DNA of 64,000 bases from Gemmataceae bacterium (GTDB taxonomy: Bacteria; Planctomycetota; Planctomycetia; Gemmatales; Gemmataceae), in assembly GCA_009697105.1 (NCBI GenBank), contig SIAQ01000011.1:1551-65550 (forward strand). The letters are read 5' to 3'. The notes under the pieces are model-generated. The model was not told where the DNA came from and searched no databases. It was given only the letters and a program-made list of their open reading frames with translations. Both the position numbers and the translations under genes were made by a program. Below are positions 60,439 to 64,000 of the stretch, in pieces; positions within the stretch are counted from its first letter, which is position 1; the number at the start of each line of letters is the position of its first letter.

Positions 60439-61134
60439 ATGGGGTGTCTACTCGATATCATCAATCCCCTGCACAAGAAAACCGAACGCGATTACATCGG
60501 CCGTATGACCGACGATAAAGTCGAATGCATGCGCATCGGCAAAGAATACGGTGCCGATTACTGGGACGGCTCGCGTCGCCACGGCTACGGCGGCTACAAA
60601 TACGACGGCCGATGGTCGGTCGTTGCCGCCAAGCTCGTCGAAACATTTCATCTGCCGGCAAATGCCCGCATCCTCGATGTGGGTTGTGGCAAAGGCTTCT
60701 TGCTCTACGAACTCACGCGCTTGTTGCCCCAATGCGAAGTGACCGGCTTCGATATTTCCGAGCACGCCATCGTCAACGCCAAGGAGGAGGTTCGCTCGCG
60801 GCTATTCCAGCACCGAGCCGAGCAGCCATACCCGTTTGCGGACCAATCGTTCGATCTGGTAATTTCGCTGAACACGCTGCACAATCTGCCGATCTTCCAC
60901 CTTCAGACGGCCCTGCGCGAGATGGAACGTGTCGCTAAACAAAAATATCTCACCGTCGAGGCTTATCGCGATGAACAGGAATTGTTCAACCTGCAATGCT
61001 GGGCGCTGACGTGCGAATCATTCCATACGCCTGCGGAATGGATTTGGCTCTTTGATCATTTTGGCTTCACCGGCGATTACGAGTTCATCTACTTTGAAGG
61101 CCAAGGCTTGACGAGTACGAAAAAGGCGGCGTAG
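60439..61134 (+). CDS. Class I SAM-dependent methyltransferase
   Basis: ILDVGCGKGFLL (motif I) and DLVISLNTLHN. A TAGAAT box lies at about 60388. Confidence 0.8.
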   Translation: MGCLLDIINPLHKKTERDYIGRMTDDKVECMRIGKEYGADYWDGSRRHGYGGYKYDGRWSVVAAKLVETFHLPANARILDVGCGKGFLLYELTRLLPQCEVTGFDISEHAIVNAKEEVRSRLFQHRAEQPYPFADQSFDLVISLNTLHNLPIFHLQTALREMERVAKQKYLTVEAYRDEQELFNLQCWALTCESFHTPAEWIWLFDHFGFTGDYEFIYFEGQGLTSTKKAA

Positions 61135-61140
61135 AAATCC

Positions 61141-61170
61141 AAGCCCAAGGGTGAGGTACTCCGAACCCCA
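61141..61170. repeat. Family F left-arm half copy
   Basis: AAGCCCAAGGGTGAGGTACTCCGAACCCCA. Outer edge of the composite at 61141-61456. Confidence 0.65.
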
Positions 61171-61212
61171 TTGACACCAACTTTAAGGAAACAGTGACGA
61201 ACGAATGCGAAC

Positions 61213-61341
61213 TAACCACAGAGACACAGAGTACACAGAGGAAATGCGCAGAATTGTGAACTGAAAGCTTCACGATTCGGATTGCTGATTCAATCCCCCA
61301 TTCCTCGTATTTTCTCTGTGTCCTCTGTGCTTCTGTGGTTA
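61213..61341. repeat. Family G element with CACAGAG heptamer arms
   Basis: TAACCACAGAGACACAGAGTACACAGAGGAAA ... TTTTCTCTGTGTCCTCTGTGCTTCTGTGGTTA. Confidence 0.8.
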
Positions 61342-61382
61342 GATTGCATTTTCCGGACAACATTTGCTTAAGTTGATACCTA

Positions 61383-61456
61383 TGGGGTGAGGTACTCCAA
61401 ACCCTTGGGATAATCCGGCTGATCCCAGCGGTTCGGAGTACCTCACCATTGGGCTT
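61383..61456. repeat. Family F element
   Basis: ATGGGGTGAGGTACTCCAAACCCTTGGGAT ... CAGCGGTTCGGAGTACCTCACCATTGGGCTT. Confidence 0.8.
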
Positions 61457-61474
61457 CCGTCAAGCAGAGAACAC

Positions 61475-62869
61475 TCAACGCAATTCTCCAACCTTGAACG
61501 CAAATTCGACCGCGACGATGCGGCGTTCCTTCGTTATCACCAGGGTATAATCATCTTTCGTCGTTTCCGGTGCGGCGAAGGTTAACGATACGTCGTAACC
61601 TTTCCCGCCATCGAGTTGGCGATGCGTCGCTCGCTCAGGACGAAAAACGCGCCCGTTGGGTGCATGCAATTCCAGGCAATCCATCGCCACGTCGATGGCC
61701 CCGCGTACAGCGATGAACCCGGGGCGGACCCGCACGATTTCCTGTTGTGTCGTGCTCGGCTTCAGGCTGTCGATGTCGCTAAGTCGCAGCCGTACGGCGA
61801 GGTCGCCGTCGTCGTTGCGCTCGGCGTCGATCACCTTCGCTTCGATTCCCTCAAAGCCCCGCGCGGCCTTTCCGACGGCTTTCATCACGTTGGGCACGTC
61901 AAACAATTTGGGCCGGACTACAAACTCGGCCTGAACGAATCCGTGCAGTTCGCGAATACCGAGGTCGCGGTTCGGCCAGGCAATTCGTTTGATATGAAAC
62001 AAGTTGCCGCGATGAATATCACCCGAGTGGGACGCCAGGTATGCAGGCTGATCGGGCGACGGCGTTTGCGGTTTGGCATCGACATCTAGCGTCGTGCCGT
62101 CGGAGCACACGACCTTCTTGATCTGCACGCGCGGAACGCCGGCAAGCTCCAGACCCGGTTCTGGGCGGACCTCGACCAGGAACGCAGCCTGCCGATCACC
62201 CTTCGCCTCCGCTGGCAATCGATGTACGCGAACTCGCACGCTGTGGCGATTGTCCTCGGCATACGGCATTCCCAGCGGCGTAGTCGCCCTATGAACGCGT
62301 GGCGCAACATAGCGAACCGAGCCGGATGGCTGCGGCCGATCCAATCCGTCAAGCAGTTCGGCGAAATCGGCTGGCCGGAGCTTCTTCATTCGGCTCGCGG
62401 GCCGAAGGTAATCGGCTTCTTCGACGCCAGCGGCCTCGCAAAATTGGCTCCAGGCACGCCAAAAGGGAACGTCACCGGTGTTAAGCGTGATGCGAGGGCT
62501 CTTGGCTTCGGGCACTTCGATTCGCATGGCGAGATGTGCTTGCATGGATTGGACAACGTCCTCAAGTGGGACATCGACGAATTTCAGGTTCACCGTTTTT
62601 GGGTCGGTCACTTCTTGAATGAAAATGCGATTTTCGATCCGCTCCATGATTTGAAAGCAGCGCCGGCGTGACTCGAGATCGACCTCGCTTGAGGCGGCGC
62701 GCAATAAGGGCAGGGCGGAGCGGCCCAAGGCTTCAAGCTGGCGGGCGGCCTGCTCACGCTGTGCGAAATTCGGGCTGCCAAGGCGTTTGACCAGGACTTC
62801 CGCCGGCGTCTGTGCCAATGCGAAACCTGAGCAGATTGCGAGAATTGAAAAAGCGGCGAGCGGTCGCAT
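61475..62869 (-). CDS. Secreted hypothetical protein
   Basis: Start at ATG 62869 gives the signal peptide MRPLAAFSILAICSGFALA. The N-terminal helical region is LGSPNFAQREQAARQLEALGRSALPLL. No family recognised. Confidence 0.6.
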   Translation of the reverse strand: MRPLAAFSILAICSGFALAQTPAEVLVKRLGSPNFAQREQAARQLEALGRSALPLLRAASSEVDLESRRRCFQIMERIENRIFIQEVTDPKTVNLKFVDVPLEDVVQSMQAHLAMRIEVPEAKSPRITLNTGDVPFWRAWSQFCEAAGVEEADYLRPASRMKKLRPADFAELLDGLDRPQPSGSVRYVAPRVHRATTPLGMPYAEDNRHSVRVRVHRLPAEAKGDRQAAFLVEVRPEPGLELAGVPRVQIKKVVCSDGTTLDVDAKPQTPSPDQPAYLASHSGDIHRGNLFHIKRIAWPNRDLGIRELHGFVQAEFVVRPKLFDVPNVMKAVGKAARGFEGIEAKVIDAERNDDGDLAVRLRLSDIDSLKPSTTQQEIVRVRPGFIAVRGAIDVAMDCLELHAPNGRVFRPERATHRQLDGGKGYDVSLTFAAPETTKDDYTLVITKERRIVAVEFAFKVGELR

Positions 62870-63021
62870 GGTATCTCGATCTTTCTGATGGTACGAGAAC
62901 ATCTCGACAGCCATTATACGCCACAAAGGCCTGGCTCTTGTTCCGATTCCTTCCGTGTGTATATATTGTCGTTGGCGAATAGGCTTCGTTTGGCAATCCC
63001 AATCAGGTGCGGAATACGTCC

Positions 63022-63519
63022 ATGTCCAGCTACGATCCGACCATGGCGCCGCCACGAACCATTCGCCAAATGCTGGTGTATGGTGCATTTTGGAGCTTCT
63101 TCCTGGTGATCGGATTATTCATCGCATGGTTCGGGCTTTGGTTCCTCTGGTGGCCGCAATGGCGCATGAATAACGTCTATGTCGAAACCGATGGCGTGAT
63201 CCTTGACAAACGCATCGTGCCAACGGAAATGGAGCTTCTGCGTCAGGTTCGGGTTCGCTATCATGTTGGCGACCGAGAGCTTGTCAACTGGAGTGGCAGA
63301 TGTGCGTTTCCTGAGTTGCCTGACTTTGAAACTATCAAGATCGGCTCGCAACGGTCCGTGTGGTATGATCCCGCCAACCCGAATGATGTCATCGTCGAAA
63401 GAGGATACGCCGTTCTTACCGTGCTCCTCTATCCGATGCTGGCCGTCGGGCTGTTCTTCGCCGTCTATGCAGGTGTCTACCTCGCTAGCGGCGTCACTGC
63501 TTGGTTGTCCGCCAAATAG
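63022..63519 (+). CDS. DUF3592-like membrane protein
   Basis: A TM helix, then a beta domain (V.Y.VGDRE...S.WYDPANPNDV), then a C-terminal TM helix. Confidence 0.65.
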   Translation: MSSYDPTMAPPRTIRQMLVYGAFWSFFLVIGLFIAWFGLWFLWWPQWRMNNVYVETDGVILDKRIVPTEMELLRQVRVRYHVGDRELVNWSGRCAFPELPDFETIKIGSQRSVWYDPANPNDVIVERGYAVLTVLLYPMLAVGLFFAVYAGVYLASGVTAWLSAK

Positions 63520-63561
63520 GCTGGTTGAACAGCATCAGTGCGTTATCCCAGGAGTTCAGCC

Positions 63562-64000
63562 ATGTCGCCTTTCGGTCGAGCCTGGATTTGGGCCACAGCT
63601 AGTGCCGTCGCTTGCGTTGGCGTTTGGATTCTCCTGCGACTGTTGTTGATTACGGAACTTTTTGGCCGGGCCACGCCGAACGTGGAAGAGGTGACCGCCG
63701 CCGTTTATGCAGGTTTAATCCTGGGGAGCATCGTCTTCGCCGCCTACGAATCATGGCTGAACCGGCGCGATCACGTCGCGGCTCTCGCTGGACTCTGCAA
63801 GAAGATTGGGTTCCGCTTTTCTGTGCCAGCGAGCCAGGCCGAGCTTGGAGCCTTGGCGGATTGGCCGTTGCTGAAACGCTACACGAAATTGCTGTCACGC
63901 ATGAGCGGAGTGATCCAGGCCCACCCCGTCGAAGTGCTCGACGTGATCCGTTGGGTTGAGCCGCGCAACGATGCGGACGGATTTGAATGGCGTCACACTT
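63562..64000 (+). CDS. Hypothetical membrane protein, 3'-partial (not in the supplied ORF track)
   Basis: ATG 63562 is preceded by AGGAG. My translation (MSPFGRAWIWATASAVACVGVWILLRLLLITELFG...) stays open to the window end and has two TM helices. Confidence 0.5.
   Translation, partial: MSPFGRAWIWATASAVACVGVWILLRLLLITELFGRATPNVEEVTAAVYAGLILGSIVFAAYESWLNRRDHVAALAGLCKKIGFRFSVPASQAELGALADWPLLKRYTKLLSRMSGVIQAHPVEVLDVIRWVEPRNDADGFEWRHT

Noticed and set aside
1-64000. Transposase, integrase, recombinase, phage structural genes, cas genes or known defence-system ATPases/nucleases
   Set aside because: None of the ORFs of 60 aa or more shows DDE, tyrosine/serine recombinase, HUH or phage motifs that I can recognise. 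The only nuclease-like protein is a Uma2-family endonuclease, a family common as a solitary gene in these genomes.

Overview
This 64-kb, high-GC window looks like chromosomal DNA from a Planctomycetota-type genome. That placement is inferred from a DUF1559 / prepilin-type N-terminal H-X9-DG protein, DUF1080 proteins, many secreted or lipobox proteins and weak SD usage. Most of it is housekeeping and envelope genes: rplM-rpsI, def-fmt, miaB, tRNA-Thr(CGU), thiE, dapL, nadK, acyP, two thioredoxins, P-II, a lactate permease, a TolC-like lipoprotein, S8 and S41 peptidases, CoxM/CoxS-like subunits, gabD-like, and a 4-gene ABC/GldG-like/DUF4340 operon. I found no transposase, integrase, CRISPR array, rRNA or obvious phage genes, and no clear-cut large novel multi-gene system. 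Four things stand out. (1) Nearly every intergenic gap, including gaps inside operons, holds a structured palindromic repeat. These fall into about ten recurring families, some nested into 300-380 nt composites, and some with arms built from tandem heptamers. (2) A small accessory islet at 18.4-21.1 kb holds a MazF/PemK-type toxin-antitoxin cassette bracketed by 285-nt direct repeats that duplicate the 3' end of the upstream Kelch gene. It also holds an iteron-like 20-22 nt tandem array, an orphan ORF, and a RelE/ParE toxin remnant next to an intact antitoxin. (3) A trio of small genes at 33.2-34.0 kb includes one 57-aa paralog absent from the ORF track and coupled by a UGAUG overlap, plus a frameshifted partner. 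(4) ThiE carries an unusual N-terminal Clp_N-like fusion. All family assignments come from motif recognition by eye. No database search or computation was run.
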